Below the pieces are notes generated by a model that was given only the letters and a program-made list of their open reading frames with translations, had not been told where the DNA came from and searched no databases. From assembly GCA_040882865.1 (NCBI GenBank), contig JBBEAN010000014.1, forward strand, positions 26,565 through 90,564: a DNA stretch of 64,000 bases, written 5' to 3'. Each line of letters begins with the position of its first letter. The stretch's first letter is position 1. Positions 1 to 10,200 of this stretch are shown here, one piece after another. This DNA comes from Gammaproteobacteria bacterium (GTDB taxonomy: Bacteria > Pseudomonadota > Gammaproteobacteria > Natronospirales > JAIVGZ01). The translations under genes were made by a program, and so were the position numbers.

Positions 1-2
1 AC

Positions 3-593
3 GCATTACGAGACGTCCTCACACGCGCACGCGACGCCGGCATCCAGGTCTGGACCCACGCCATCGGCGACCGCGCAAACCGCATGATCCTCGACCTCTA
101 CGAAGAAGTCCTAACCGACTCAAATGTAGGAGCGGCGCCTTCGCGCCGCGATCATAGATGGCGCATCGAACACGCCCAACACCTCACCGCCGAAGACATC
201 CCACGATTCGCAGAACTCGGCGTCATTGCATCTATGCAACCGAGCCATGCAATTGGCGACTTGCACTTCGCACCGGCGCGCCTTGGCTTGGAGCGGCTTC
301 AATATGCGTACGCGTGGCGGAGCCTGCTGAATGCTGGCGCGATTATCGCGGGTGGGAGCGATGCGCCGGTTGAGGTCGGTGACCCCTGCATCGAACTGCA
401 CGCGGCGACAACTCGTTCGGATCTTGATGGGCACGTTGCACCGGGTTGGCATCCGAAACAGGCCCTTGCATTAAGGCATGCCATAAAGATGTTCACGCAA
501 AATGCGGCACATGCCTCATTTCTCAAGCGTTCAAGGAGCATGATCAGATTAGGCACTCGCGCGAACAAATATGCGATTTCGACGAGGCACTAA
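3..593 (+). CDS. Amidohydrolase family-3 (YtcJ-like metal-dependent hydrolase); 5' end off-window, C-terminus apparently truncated and degenerate
   Basis: Open from the window start in the frame of ORF 84-593. Motifs THAIGDRA, DHRWRIEHAQ, GVIASMQPSH and GGSDAPVE fit the family. It ends about 30 aa short of family members, after a degenerate G-x-x-AD-like segment (LGTRANKYAIS). A REP2 copy lies in frame at 125-152. Confidence 0.8.
   Translation, partial: ALRDVLTRARDAGIQVWTHAIGDRANRMILDLYEEVLTDSNVGAAPSRRDHRWRIEHAQHLTAEDIPRFAELGVIASMQPSHAIGDLHFAPARLGLERLQYAYAWRSLLNAGAIIAGGSDAPVEVGDPCIELHAATTRSDLDGHVAPGWHPKQALALRHAIKMFTQNAAHASFLKRSRSMIRLGTRANKYAISTRH
125..152 (-). repeat. REP2 palindromic repeat unit (inverted orientation) embedded in frame in the amidohydrolase CDS
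   Basis: TGTAGGAGCGGCGCCTTCGCGCCGCGAT differs by 1 nt from the copies at 46731-46758 and from the reverse complements of 30215-, 34957- and 46677-. It is translated as NVGAAPSRRD. Confidence 0.8.
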
Positions 594-594
594 T

Positions 595-1653
595 ATGACG
601 GAGCGCCTAATTCTTCACTCTTCTGCGCGCACTGTCAGATACCGACAGGATATCCGTCGTGTAATAAGTATGCCGGCCGGGGCGCGACTCCGATTTCGAT
701 ACCGAAAGAAGCATATCGCTGCAGGAATATATGCAGAAATCGAAAAGGAACGTCTCAATAATGTAAATGCATTGGTGTGCTTCCTTGCAGATGAACCTGC
801 AGGGAGCGTTCTATCCGTTCCATGTAGATTCGTTCGGATTGAGCGAGCGTACGTGGTCGGCGGTGAAGTATGCGTGTTTGATCTGGCACTCGGTGCCTTC
901 GCAGATGCTCCCATGACATTCTCCAGAGATGTACAGTCGGCATGCCCTAGGTTTCCAGGATCGCTTCAGATACCTAAACCGGACGAATTATTCGTCGACA
1001 AACTGCCGGCGGAGATCGAGAACGTCGTAGAGGCGAGCGATGAAATAGAATCATGGATAGCAGTAGTGCGCCAACTAGCTGAACGTGTAGCGTTCCAAGA
1101 TGAGCAGGCCTTTTATTATGTACGCGGATTAAGATCTCCAGAAAAATCGGAACTTAAGCTGTGCAAGAACGACGCACTTGAAGTGATCGGGGGCGCGGAT
1201 TACGAACTTTCGATTATCCACTTTTCGCCGTCGACCAAGCCCGTCCGTTCGGACGATGTGGTATGGCTGATGTTTGAGGCACGGGATAGCGAGATCACCT
1301 TCATCTCTTATCCTCGCCTACGTCTCGATTCGGCGTATGACGAAAAGCTTGTGCGTTTCTGTGTGCCTCCGGTAGACGTTACTAAATCATCAGTAATTAC
1401 CTTACTTGAGGGGGCTGGTCCGCCGTCCAAGCCTGTGATCGCGGACGGTTTCCACCATTTTGACATTCGCGTGACTGTGAAGCCGCGCCAATTGCTAAGG
1501 TGGGTTAAGGTAATTTTGCTTGCCGGGCTTATCTCCGCTCAAAGCCTCGCTACAAGTGAGTGGGTTCCGGATACTTTAAGACTTGTCTCAATCTTTGCGT
1601 CCGCGGTCATAATCGCCGTTGTCGCAGTGTTCGGCATACGGAAGGCTGTTTAG
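595..1653 (+). CDS. Unknown protein with C-terminal double transmembrane anchor; first gene of the Druantia-like operon
   Basis: ATG 595 is preceded by GAGG (584-587). 352 aa with no domain I can assign. Two C-terminal hydrophobic helices (VKVILLAGLISAQSLA; LVSIFASAVIIAVVAVFGI). An 11-nt gap separates it from the next ORF. Confidence 0.75.
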   Translation: MTERLILHSSARTVRYRQDIRRVISMPAGARLRFRYRKKHIAAGIYAEIEKERLNNVNALVCFLADEPAGSVLSVPCRFVRIERAYVVGGEVCVFDLALGAFADAPMTFSRDVQSACPRFPGSLQIPKPDELFVDKLPAEIENVVEASDEIESWIAVVRQLAERVAFQDEQAFYYVRGLRSPEKSELKLCKNDALEVIGGADYELSIIHFSPSTKPVRSDDVVWLMFEARDSEITFISYPRLRLDSAYDEKLVRFCVPPVDVTKSSVITLLEGAGPPSKPVIADGFHHFDIRVTVKPRQLLRWVKVILLAGLISAQSLATSEWVPDTLRLVSIFASAVIIAVVAVFGIRKAV

Positions 1654-1664
1654 CTCAATAAATC

Positions 1665-2156
1665 GTGAAAACAGACAAAATACTCAGTGAATTGTGTGCG
1701 ATCAGGCGAAGACTAGATTCCGCGTTTAGTCAGGCATCCGCATATCCAACGGTGAACGCGCTTGCGGTCGGCAGTGCAGGCCAGTGCGGGGCCACCGCGT
1801 TACTCATCCAACATTTATTTGGGGGCGATCTCGTTAGTACAAATATCGGAAAGGATAGCCACTGGTATAACCGACTTAATGTGGAAGGAACGCAAATTGA
1901 TGTTGATATCACTGGGGATCAGTACGGTTACGAACCCGTAAGGGTGGGGCCGGTCGGGACCCTTTTTAGGCAAAGCCGGATCCGATCAACTTCGGAGGTT
2001 CAATCGGAAACTCGCATTCGAGCAGCCGTGCTTGCGAGGAATTCTGGCTTTCCCTTTCCAGACGGTAGCCATTCAACAGAGCGCGGGCTTGACGAAATGA
2101 CGGCCGGTCGAATCAACCAAACGGGGAGAGCCAATGGGCCGGAAAATGAAGGCTGA
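1665..2156 (+). CDS. Small Cys-His-Asp protein, YunG-like/papain-fold-like (tentative)
   Basis: GTG start, 163 aa. GQCGATALLIQHLFGG ... SHWYNRL ... IDVDITGDQYG recalls the YunG-type pattern, from memory and unverified. The 3' end overlaps the druA-like start by 23 nt. Confidence 0.6.
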   Translation: MKTDKILSELCAIRRRLDSAFSQASAYPTVNALAVGSAGQCGATALLIQHLFGGDLVSTNIGKDSHWYNRLNVEGTQIDVDITGDQYGYEPVRVGPVGTLFRQSRIRSTSEVQSETRIRAAVLARNSGFPFPDGSHSTERGLDEMTAGRINQTGRANGPENEG

Positions 2157-3345
2157 TATCGCGAAGGTTAATTTCCGAATTGCTTCGCTTAAACGCAAGC
2201 TCAGACGACACCTTAAGGCGCTGGGATTTACTAAATCTGATGATGGTTCGCTTCAGATAAATGGGAGTGGAAAAGAAATAATTCGTGCGCTGCATAGTGC
2301 GCAAAGAAATGAAAAACTCGACCAGGCGTCAGCGCTCATTTCAAAGCGCAGTTCCGAACTCGCGAAGTTTTTCGCCAATGGCAGCGACGTTGACCCTCAG
2401 AACATTCAACCGGTACTAGAGCGCGTGAAGTCGGGTACGGTGGAATCGGAACTCTTCCGACTAGCGTCGCTTACCTGGTCCGTTCCGGTATCGAATGGCT
2501 TCGGACGCCGCATGCGCTATCTTGTGTGGGACGGATACAATGAGAAACTCATTGGCCTCATCGCAATCGGTGATCCAGTTTTTAATCTTTCGGCGCGCGA
2601 CAAGCTTATTGGATGGAACCCACAGGCTCGCGCCGAACGCCTGGTCAATGTTATGGATGCGTACGTTTTGGGTGCCGTGCCCCCCTATAATTTTCTGCTG
2701 GGCGGAAAATTGGTCGCGTGTTTGGTGAGAAGCCGCGATGTATATGATGATTTTACTCGTGCCTACGGCAACACGACAGGGATTATCTCCGAGCAAAAAA
2801 AGAAAGCAAGATTGCTCGCGGTTATGACGTCATCTTCGATGGGGCGGTCATCAATTTATAACCGCCTGAAGTTGGGTGACACTCAATACTTCGAGAGCCT
2901 CGGGTATACCGGGGGATGGGGCCACTTCCATATTCCGGACAGAATTTTTATGGACCTACGTGATTTTCTGCGCGAAATCGACCATCCGTACGCAGACTTT
3001 CATCAGTTCGGGCAAGGGCCGAATTGGCGGATGCGCACAACCCGCGCCGCATTAGGTGCTCTGGGATTCAAGAGCGATATGCTACGACACGGCGTGAAGC
3101 GAGAGGTCTTTTATTGCAAATTGGCATCGAATGCCACCGAGATTCTCCGGACCGGCCGCGGGCGACCAAATTTGAAGACGTTGATGAGCGCCGAAGAGGT
3201 AGGGGCGCAGGCTGTAGCGCGCTGGATGTTGCCCCGGTCAGTCCGTAGACCAGAGTATCTAGAGTGGACACGCGAGGAAATGTTCTCGCTACTTGGTCGA
3301 CGACGCGTAGTGTCATTCACCCAGGCAGTCGCGTCGCACGAGTGA
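2134..3345 (+). CDS. druA: DruA-like protein (DUF4338-type)
   Basis: 403 aa. The motif string GFGRRMRYLVWD ... RDKLIGW ... PPYNFLLGGKL ... MTSSSMGRSSIYNRL ... GYTGGWGHF matches the DUF4338 pattern. GGAGAG lies upstream of ATG 2134; ATG 2146 is an alternative start. It sits in an operon with a DruE-like helicase. Confidence 0.8.
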   Translation: MGRKMKADIAKVNFRIASLKRKLRRHLKALGFTKSDDGSLQINGSGKEIIRALHSAQRNEKLDQASALISKRSSELAKFFANGSDVDPQNIQPVLERVKSGTVESELFRLASLTWSVPVSNGFGRRMRYLVWDGYNEKLIGLIAIGDPVFNLSARDKLIGWNPQARAERLVNVMDAYVLGAVPPYNFLLGGKLVACLVRSRDVYDDFTRAYGNTTGIISEQKKKARLLAVMTSSSMGRSSIYNRLKLGDTQYFESLGYTGGWGHFHIPDRIFMDLRDFLREIDHPYADFHQFGQGPNWRMRTTRAALGALGFKSDMLRHGVKREVFYCKLASNATEILRTGRGRPNLKTLMSAEEVGAQAVARWMLPRSVRRPEYLEWTREEMFSLLGRRRVVSFTQAVASHE

Positions 3346-6212
3346 GCGAAGTCCGTTCAAGCGGGCAGGAAGAAGCTGCGCGAGGGCGAACGCTCGCCGA
3401 CTGGTCGCAATATCTTGCGCAGCATTTCAGCACCCTAGCGCAATCGCGGGCCCAAATTGGTACGCCTATTTTTGTACTCGAGCACGGTCTCAACAACGAC
3501 GAATTAGTTGAGATAAGCGAGAAGCTTCTCCAAGGAATACGGCTTAGGCATCCGTTTGACCAAAACTGGTTACCGTGGATCGTGTACGCAACGGAAAGGG
3601 GATACAGCTACGAAGGGGACGAATACTGGCATTCGTTCGAGGAGAAGACCGTCGGGTGGGATAGCGCAGACAGATATAGAGTAACCCAGTGGTTCAGTAA
3701 GTTCTGCGATGAATATAACGGATTCATTCCATCGGGCCCTTGGGCCAGGCATTTCAGCATCATCGCGGGTCCGATCACACACGCAATTTTGCCGCGCTAT
3801 CTCCAGTTGCAGTTTGCGCGAGCACTTTACAATCTTCGATTTCGCCTCCCAACGGTTGCCGAGTCTGGAGCAACCGAGGTTGGCCAGTGGTTCGCTGCGA
3901 ACGTAGAGCATCCGACGACTAGATTCAGTCAGTTTCTCCAGCAAGAAGAGTTAACCGGGAGAATTATTCTTGCGTTACTCGGCGGGGAGCCGGTAGAGGG
4001 AGAGGAGCGAATATATCCCTCAACTTTACAACGGATAGTTTCCGATCTCGACCAAGTACAAAGTGCGCGGACATGGCTGAGCGAAACTAGACGCGTCGTT
4101 TCGAGTCGCGAACGAGCGACAAAACAATTAAACCCAACATCTCATCCCAGGCGGACGCCTTCCCAGTCGAGCCTACGCGAGGCGCTAGATATTCGTCCGC
4201 AGATTGTGCTGCGATACGCGGGTGACGATGCGTGGGATGCCATACTCCGCGTTCCGTCGTTTCATGCGCTCGCAGCTTTAGACGGCGAAGTGCAGTCGTT
4301 CTTGCGCCGTACTCGGTGCAAGTTGAATGGCGTCGACGGTTTGAAACCGGCAGGTTGGGTTTTGAGTGGCCCTCGACACGCCTTGCTCAAGGAGTGGCCG
4401 AACTCGAAGTTGCCACTGGTGGACTTTGAAAGCGGATTGACGTCTCTGGATTATCTTCTACAGTCAAAGTGCAGCTTTCAGCGGACCGAGCCCCTGCTTT
4501 TTCGCCTGAGCAAGGATGGCAACGCGCGACAGGTAAGTGGTACGTCGGTTCGAAGCGGCTCGGAGTATGTTGTGGTGAGTTCAAGCGAAGTGCCAGACGG
4601 CGAGCTGATATCGGACGCGCGGTTGAGCTGCACGGGAGTGAACGCCTTTAAAATCACAGTCCCCGATTTGGTTTCGGATGAGAGTCGCTTGCAGCTCGAA
4701 GCACTCGGTCTGACGGTGGCACGCACGGTGCAAATTTGGCCTGCAGGGCTTCCCTCCAGAAGTTGGTGTGAATCGGGTCGGAGCGAGTGGAGCACGACCG
4801 AAACGCCATGCTTTGGAGTGACGTCAAACTTCAATGTCAATCGATACTTGGTCAAGCTCGACGACGGCGAAGAGTCGAGCATCGTTCCTGAAGGGGATCG
4901 TAAAGCGACCTTCCTCATGTTACCCGCCCTTTCTTCCGGAGAATATGTCCTCTCGATTACTGCCCACGATGATCAAGCCAATGACTCGGTGACAGGAGAG
5001 ATTGCGGTTAACGTTTACGAGCCGGTTCATTGGTCGCCTGGCACGCTCCAGAGCCAAGCGCTATTGATAAGCGTGGAACCGGTAGATGCGGATCTTGATG
5101 CGCTTTGGCGAAACGAGCTTGAGGTGTCTGTGGTTGGCCCCCAAAGTCACACCGCAAGTTTTTCCGTTGCTTTGCAGAATGCCGCCGGCGCGGAGATCTT
5201 CTCCGAAGCTGTCGGGAAATCGGTATCGCTTCCAGTTGCTTCTGATACTTGGACAAGTATGTTTGAGAGATTTCTAAACCGTGAGGATTTTTGCTGGCGG
5301 TATTTGGAGGCGGCGACCGGCAGTCTTCGTGTGCAGGCGGATGAGTTAGGAACCTTTTACGCGCATTTCCAACATGACGTGTCCCCTGTTCGCTTTTCCT
5401 TACGGCGCCATAAGGACGGGATTATTTTGAGGCTAGTCGATGAGACGGGCATAGATGATCAGTTACCGAACGCGCGCGTATACCGAATGGAACAGCCGGC
5501 GGAGGCCGTTGAACTGGCGGTGAATGATCTTCGCCGCGGGCTCGTTGTCGACCCACCTGGCGGGCTTTTTACTGTAGAGCATGGCAATTATCGCGATTCA
5601 ATTTTAGTCAGTTCTGGTTTGGCCGGCAGTGGACTTCAAGGGCTAGGTATAACGCCGACCGTCGAACTGTCGGATGCGGCCTTGGCGCTGACCTTCAGTA
5701 ATGTTTCGTGCTGGCTCAACGCGAGGAGTGTGGGAATGCTTGCTGGCGTCCGCCGTCGGCAGATCACTCGCGAGTTACTCCGATACTTTTACGCTAGCAT
5801 TTGTGGGTCGAACTGGGAGCGTAGAGAGGATGCATTTCTACGCGACGTAAAGTCATCCAGGGTCAAAGATCAGCTGGAGCGGGCTGTATGCAAAACCTTA
5901 AGCTTCGCTATCATTCTAAGTCGGAATTTCGCAAAGATAGCAGCCGACCCGAAGTCTTCGGGGGGGTGGTATTCAGAGCTAGCGAGAAGCTTTGGGCTTG
6001 CCTCATCAGAAACGGATTGTGAGTTTGCACTGATGCTTGCTTCGAGTCCTCAGTTGATTGCGGATAAATACCGAAACGAGATCGACGCCCGATTGGATTG
6101 GCTTCAGAACAATCCAGCGATTTTCCGTGGAGCAAGGTTGGTCTCGTTACTCAGTGCTAACGCCGAAGTTAAGGACGGGGTGAAGTTTTTACCGGCGTGG
6201 AAATGGAAATAA
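3342..6212 (+). CDS. Large protein of unknown function at the DruB/DruC position
   Basis: GTG 3342 overlaps the druA stop (GTGA). 956 aa with no assignable motif. The track start at 3264 is probably an over-extension into druA. Confidence 0.7.
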   Translation: MSEVRSSGQEEAARGRTLADWSQYLAQHFSTLAQSRAQIGTPIFVLEHGLNNDELVEISEKLLQGIRLRHPFDQNWLPWIVYATERGYSYEGDEYWHSFEEKTVGWDSADRYRVTQWFSKFCDEYNGFIPSGPWARHFSIIAGPITHAILPRYLQLQFARALYNLRFRLPTVAESGATEVGQWFAANVEHPTTRFSQFLQQEELTGRIILALLGGEPVEGEERIYPSTLQRIVSDLDQVQSARTWLSETRRVVSSRERATKQLNPTSHPRRTPSQSSLREALDIRPQIVLRYAGDDAWDAILRVPSFHALAALDGEVQSFLRRTRCKLNGVDGLKPAGWVLSGPRHALLKEWPNSKLPLVDFESGLTSLDYLLQSKCSFQRTEPLLFRLSKDGNARQVSGTSVRSGSEYVVVSSSEVPDGELISDARLSCTGVNAFKITVPDLVSDESRLQLEALGLTVARTVQIWPAGLPSRSWCESGRSEWSTTETPCFGVTSNFNVNRYLVKLDDGEESSIVPEGDRKATFLMLPALSSGEYVLSITAHDDQANDSVTGEIAVNVYEPVHWSPGTLQSQALLISVEPVDADLDALWRNELEVSVVGPQSHTASFSVALQNAAGAEIFSEAVGKSVSLPVASDTWTSMFERFLNREDFCWRYLEAATGSLRVQADELGTFYAHFQHDVSPVRFSLRRHKDGIILRLVDETGIDDQLPNARVYRMEQPAEAVELAVNDLRRGLVVDPPGGLFTVEHGNYRDSILVSSGLAGSGLQGLGITPTVELSDAALALTFSNVSCWLNARSVGMLAGVRRRQITRELLRYFYASICGSNWERREDAFLRDVKSSRVKDQLERAVCKTLSFAIILSRNFAKIAADPKSSGGWYSELARSFGLASSETDCEFALMLASSPQLIADKYRNEIDARLDWLQNNPAIFRGARLVSLLSANAEVKDGVKFLPAWKWK

Positions 6213-7273
6213 AAAAAGCGCCGCCCAACGAAATCATCGCGGCGTGTAGGTCAGCGTTCGGCCTGTCACGCCGAGATGATGTGGATGACATACTTTTAAC
6301 CGAAATGGCAAGGCGCAGTGCTGGATTCCATTGTCCATGCTCCCGGACCACGTTGCGAGCCTCTCTTGAGGAATCTCTCCAGCTTCTCTGCGATATCGAC
6401 GTCGAACAAATCGACAGCGCTATTGAACGTCTTGTTGTCGGCGGTGATCTTCTAGAATTACGAGATGTAATCACCACAGACGGTGCCACGAATGGAACGT
6501 GGGTTTACTCTGCCCCACCTACGTTCGTAGTTCGCCCGAGCGGGAGTATCTTTCTTACAGGCGTTGTACCCAACCAATCAACATTTCTCCCGCCCCCCCT
6601 TTCAAGTCGAGTTGTTTCGGATGGTTACACACGTGTGCTCAAAGAAAACGACCGTGAAGATCTTTCCGAAGAGTTGCTCGCTCATGGATTTCAGGCGCTT
6701 CCGGAGAGTATTTGGTTACGCGCGCCTAAGGCCGTCCCTGCGCAGAAGCTAGTTGACGAGCACTTGGTTCACCTCGGCCTTCAAAATCCCTGCGGAGCTG
6801 TCGGTGATATAGAGCTCATCGATACAAGCCATCCAGTACGGTTTTATCGTGGTCGATGGGTGCAGCCAGTCGACCAGACAGGAATGTTCGTCGCCCGCAG
6901 AAAGCAACGATACGGTGCGGCGCTTTGGTGCGTCGTTGAGGTCATTAGAGGAGAGCCGTTGAAGCTGTTTGATTTGCCAAAGGGTCACAGTCGATGGCGC
7001 GGTTGCGACGAAGCATGGAGACTTCAAATGGCGATAGACAGTTGCGCTAATTCACCGCAGGAGTACCAATATCGGGAGATGACGGATGGGGTTCGGCTGG
7101 ATTTCTTTTCGCCATTGCCGCAATGGGCCGTACGACGACTCATGATCTTTGGCGAACCGATCGCTTCAAAAAATTCACTTTTCTCATACTTGTTGCCGCC
7201 ATCTGAAGCCTCTGCGGAACACAAATATTTGCAGGAACGACTTTGGTTGCGTGGAGTTTGTAATTCGAATTAG
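6197..7273 (+). CDS. Protein of unknown function at the DruD position
   Basis: GTG 6197 or ATG 6203 overlaps the upstream stop (6210-6212). 358 aa with no recognisable domain. Its TAG stop lies within the RBS of the next gene. Confidence 0.7.
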   Translation: MEMEIKKAPPNEIIAACRSAFGLSRRDDVDDILLTEMARRSAGFHCPCSRTTLRASLEESLQLLCDIDVEQIDSAIERLVVGGDLLELRDVITTDGATNGTWVYSAPPTFVVRPSGSIFLTGVVPNQSTFLPPPLSSRVVSDGYTRVLKENDREDLSEELLAHGFQALPESIWLRAPKAVPAQKLVDEHLVHLGLQNPCGAVGDIELIDTSHPVRFYRGRWVQPVDQTGMFVARRKQRYGAALWCVVEVIRGEPLKLFDLPKGHSRWRGCDEAWRLQMAIDSCANSPQEYQYREMTDGVRLDFFSPLPQWAVRRLMIFGEPIASKNSLFSYLLPPSEASAEHKYLQERLWLRGVCNSN

Positions 7274-7280
7274 GAGATAT

Positions 7281-10200
7281 ATGCAAACCATTCATATGGC
7301 GGTCAGGCAATTGCGACTCGCACTCATGGAGTATATAGAGGCGACCTATCACATCAGTTCACCAGCGCTGATTGCCCAGCGGAAGGCATTGCTTAACAGT
7401 CCAGGCGTAATCTTTCAAATTCCGTATCTTGAATCCACGCCTCGTTATAAGGCTGGCGCGACATTTTCTGAACTTGGTGGATTACCGCCAGCTGCTCTGA
7501 AAGTCTTTGAGGCCCTTTCGAGTACTACGGGCGGAGTACCGCGCCTCCTGTACGATCCACCATACCTGCATCAGGCGCAGACGTTACAACACAGCCTTTC
7601 CGAAAAATCCAACGTTGTAATAATGACCGGAACAGGATCTGGTAAAACCGAGTCATTTCTCATGCCTATACTAGGTAAACTTGCAAACGAGGCTGCCACT
7701 AAGCCGACGAGCTTTGCTGGTCAGCCGGCCGTTCGAGCTCTAGTTCTATATCCCATGAATGCTTTAGTTAACGACCAACTTGGTCGTCTTCGAGGGCTAT
7801 TCGGTGACGCGCGTGTCCGAGATCTTTTCATGGGCTGGGCAGGTAGGCCACCGCGATTCGCGAGGTATACAAGCCGGACTCCGTATGCCGGGGTCCGGGT
7901 AGCCTCGAAAGACACAACCAAGCTTGCGGCGTTCGAAAAATTCTATGCCGGCATTCAGAGATTAATTACGGATGGCGACGACGCTGAGAAGCAGCGAGCG
8001 AAACGACTCCTTGCCGAGCTTCAGCAACGTGGAAAGTGGCCGGCTAAACCAGACATCGCTGCTTGGTACGGCGAAAAAGGTAGTAGGTGGCAGGATCCGC
8101 AGACAGGTGATTTTCGTAGAGCGATAACGCTGCCGGACGACTCCGAGTTGGTGACTCGTCACGAAGTGCAGGCGGCACCGCCAGATCTACTGGTTACAAA
8201 CTATTCAATGCTTGAGTACATGTTGATGCGTCCCGTGGAACGTCCAATCTTTGATGCCACTTGTGATTGGCTTAGAAGTAATCCCGACGAGCGATTCTTA
8301 GTCGTACTTGACGAGGCGCATCTGTATCGTGGTGCGGCCGGAGCAGAAGTGGGCTTGCTGTTAAGACGACTTCGAGATCGACTTGGAGCAACGGACAGTC
8401 AGTTTCAAGTAATCTGCGCCACGGCGAGCTTTTCGAATCCAGAAAGTGCGCGCAGGTTCGGCGCTCAGCTCTCTGGATTGCCGGAGAATACATTTGTTTC
8501 AATAACTGGGACGTTACATCTCGCGAGCGAAGATGGAACAGGAGGGCAGTCAGATATCGATGCACTCAGAACCATAGAGCTAGAAAAGTTCTACGAAGCG
8601 AATACAGATAAGGAGAAACTTGGAGCTATCCGTGAGTTTCTTCAATATCGCGGAGTCGAGGTTATTGACGCGCCAGAGTCAACCCTGTTTCGTGCGCTCT
8701 GTGATTTTGCGCCACTGAAGCTGCTCATTAATTCAACCATGAAGGAAGCGATGCCCATTGCGTCGCTGGCAGAGATAATCTTCCCGGGCGCCTCTCAACC
8801 GGAAGCGGATCAAGCGCTGACCGCGCTACTCGCGTTGGGTAGTGTAGCGCGTCCAAACAAGCAATCCTCCGGACTATTGCCCTGCCGGATTCATAATTTC
8901 TTCAGAGGCCTACCAGGTCTTTGGATTTGTCTGGATACTGATTGCTCCGAAGTTTCCGCAGAGAATAAAAACGCAATTGGAGGTCAGCTATTTAGTCAGC
9001 CTCGTACACGATGTCGGTGCGGGGCACGCGTGTTCGAGTTGTTCACCTGTCGGAACTGCGGAACGGCGTATGCGCGAGCTTATACGGATGATGTCGACTC
9101 ACCTCGGGCACTATGGGCAGAGCCGGGTGAGCACCTCTTTATGGGCGACGATGATACACGCTCGTTGTTCCCGATTGACCTGCTGCTTGAGTCGCCATTG
9201 GATGAGTTGGCAGAACCGGTCGATCTGGATGTGGAGACCGGACGCCTCAATCCAAACGTTTTGGGTCCGAGAACGCGAACGGTCTTCCTTCGTGGCGTTC
9301 GTACATCCGACGTCAACGAGGACGGCCAGCCACGATCGAAATTTGAAGAGCGGGGGAAATTCAATCCTTGTGGCGTGTGCGGAAAGACCGCCGGCTATGG
9401 CCGATCCCCGGTCCAAGACCACCAAACTAAGGGCGATGAACCATTTCAAGCGCTAGTTGCACGGCAACTGCAAATTCAACCGCCTAGCTCCCCAAGACCT
9501 ACGCAATTTGCACCGCTGCAAGGCAGGAAAGTATTAGCATTCTCAGATTCGAGACAGGTGGCTGCGCGTCTTGCTCCAAAGCTTCAAACACTTTCCGTCC
9601 GTGATTCATTGCGTCCGTTAATCGCCTGGGGGTTTCGGAAGCTTCAAGGTTCGGAAAGGATCCTCCCCAACCTGAACCTGGATGATCTTTACCTTGCAGT
9701 GTTGCTGGCCTCCAACGAACTCGGTGTGCGGTTGCGTCCGGAGATGAAAGCGTCTGAGAGTTTCGAGGCGGAAGAGATGGTGGGTAAGGCCGTCCGCGAT
9801 GCCGTAACCAACACGCGCGAAGGATTACTGCAGGTTTGGATGGATGTACGTGGCGAAAGGCCACCTGAAGCGCTATTAGACAGTATCGTAACTGCGGTAC
9901 GAGATAAATATCTCGGATTCGAGGCGTTGGCACTCGGTTCTATTGTGGAGAGGCGGCGGCACTCTGAAGAAATCGCTGGGTTGCCGGACATAGTAGGGAT
10001 TGCGGAGAACCCATCCGAGAAAAGCGAACTTGTCCGCGCGTGGATTAGATGTTGGAGTAATAAAGGATTTTGGCTGAATGGCATGCCCGGCCAATGGTGG
10101 CGTGAAAAAGTTCAAGGCGATAGTGGGAAATTTCCGAAAGCTATGTCGCTTATCATCCGAGATACGAAGGCGCGCGCAGAGTTCGCTAAGGTGTGGCTAC

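Noticed and set aside
7149-7280. Upstream extension of the DruE-like ORF; likewise 3264-3341 for the 956-aa ORF
   Set aside because: The extensions lie inside the preceding genes. An AGGAGA plus ATG at 7281 and a GTGA-coupled GTG at 3342 are better starts.
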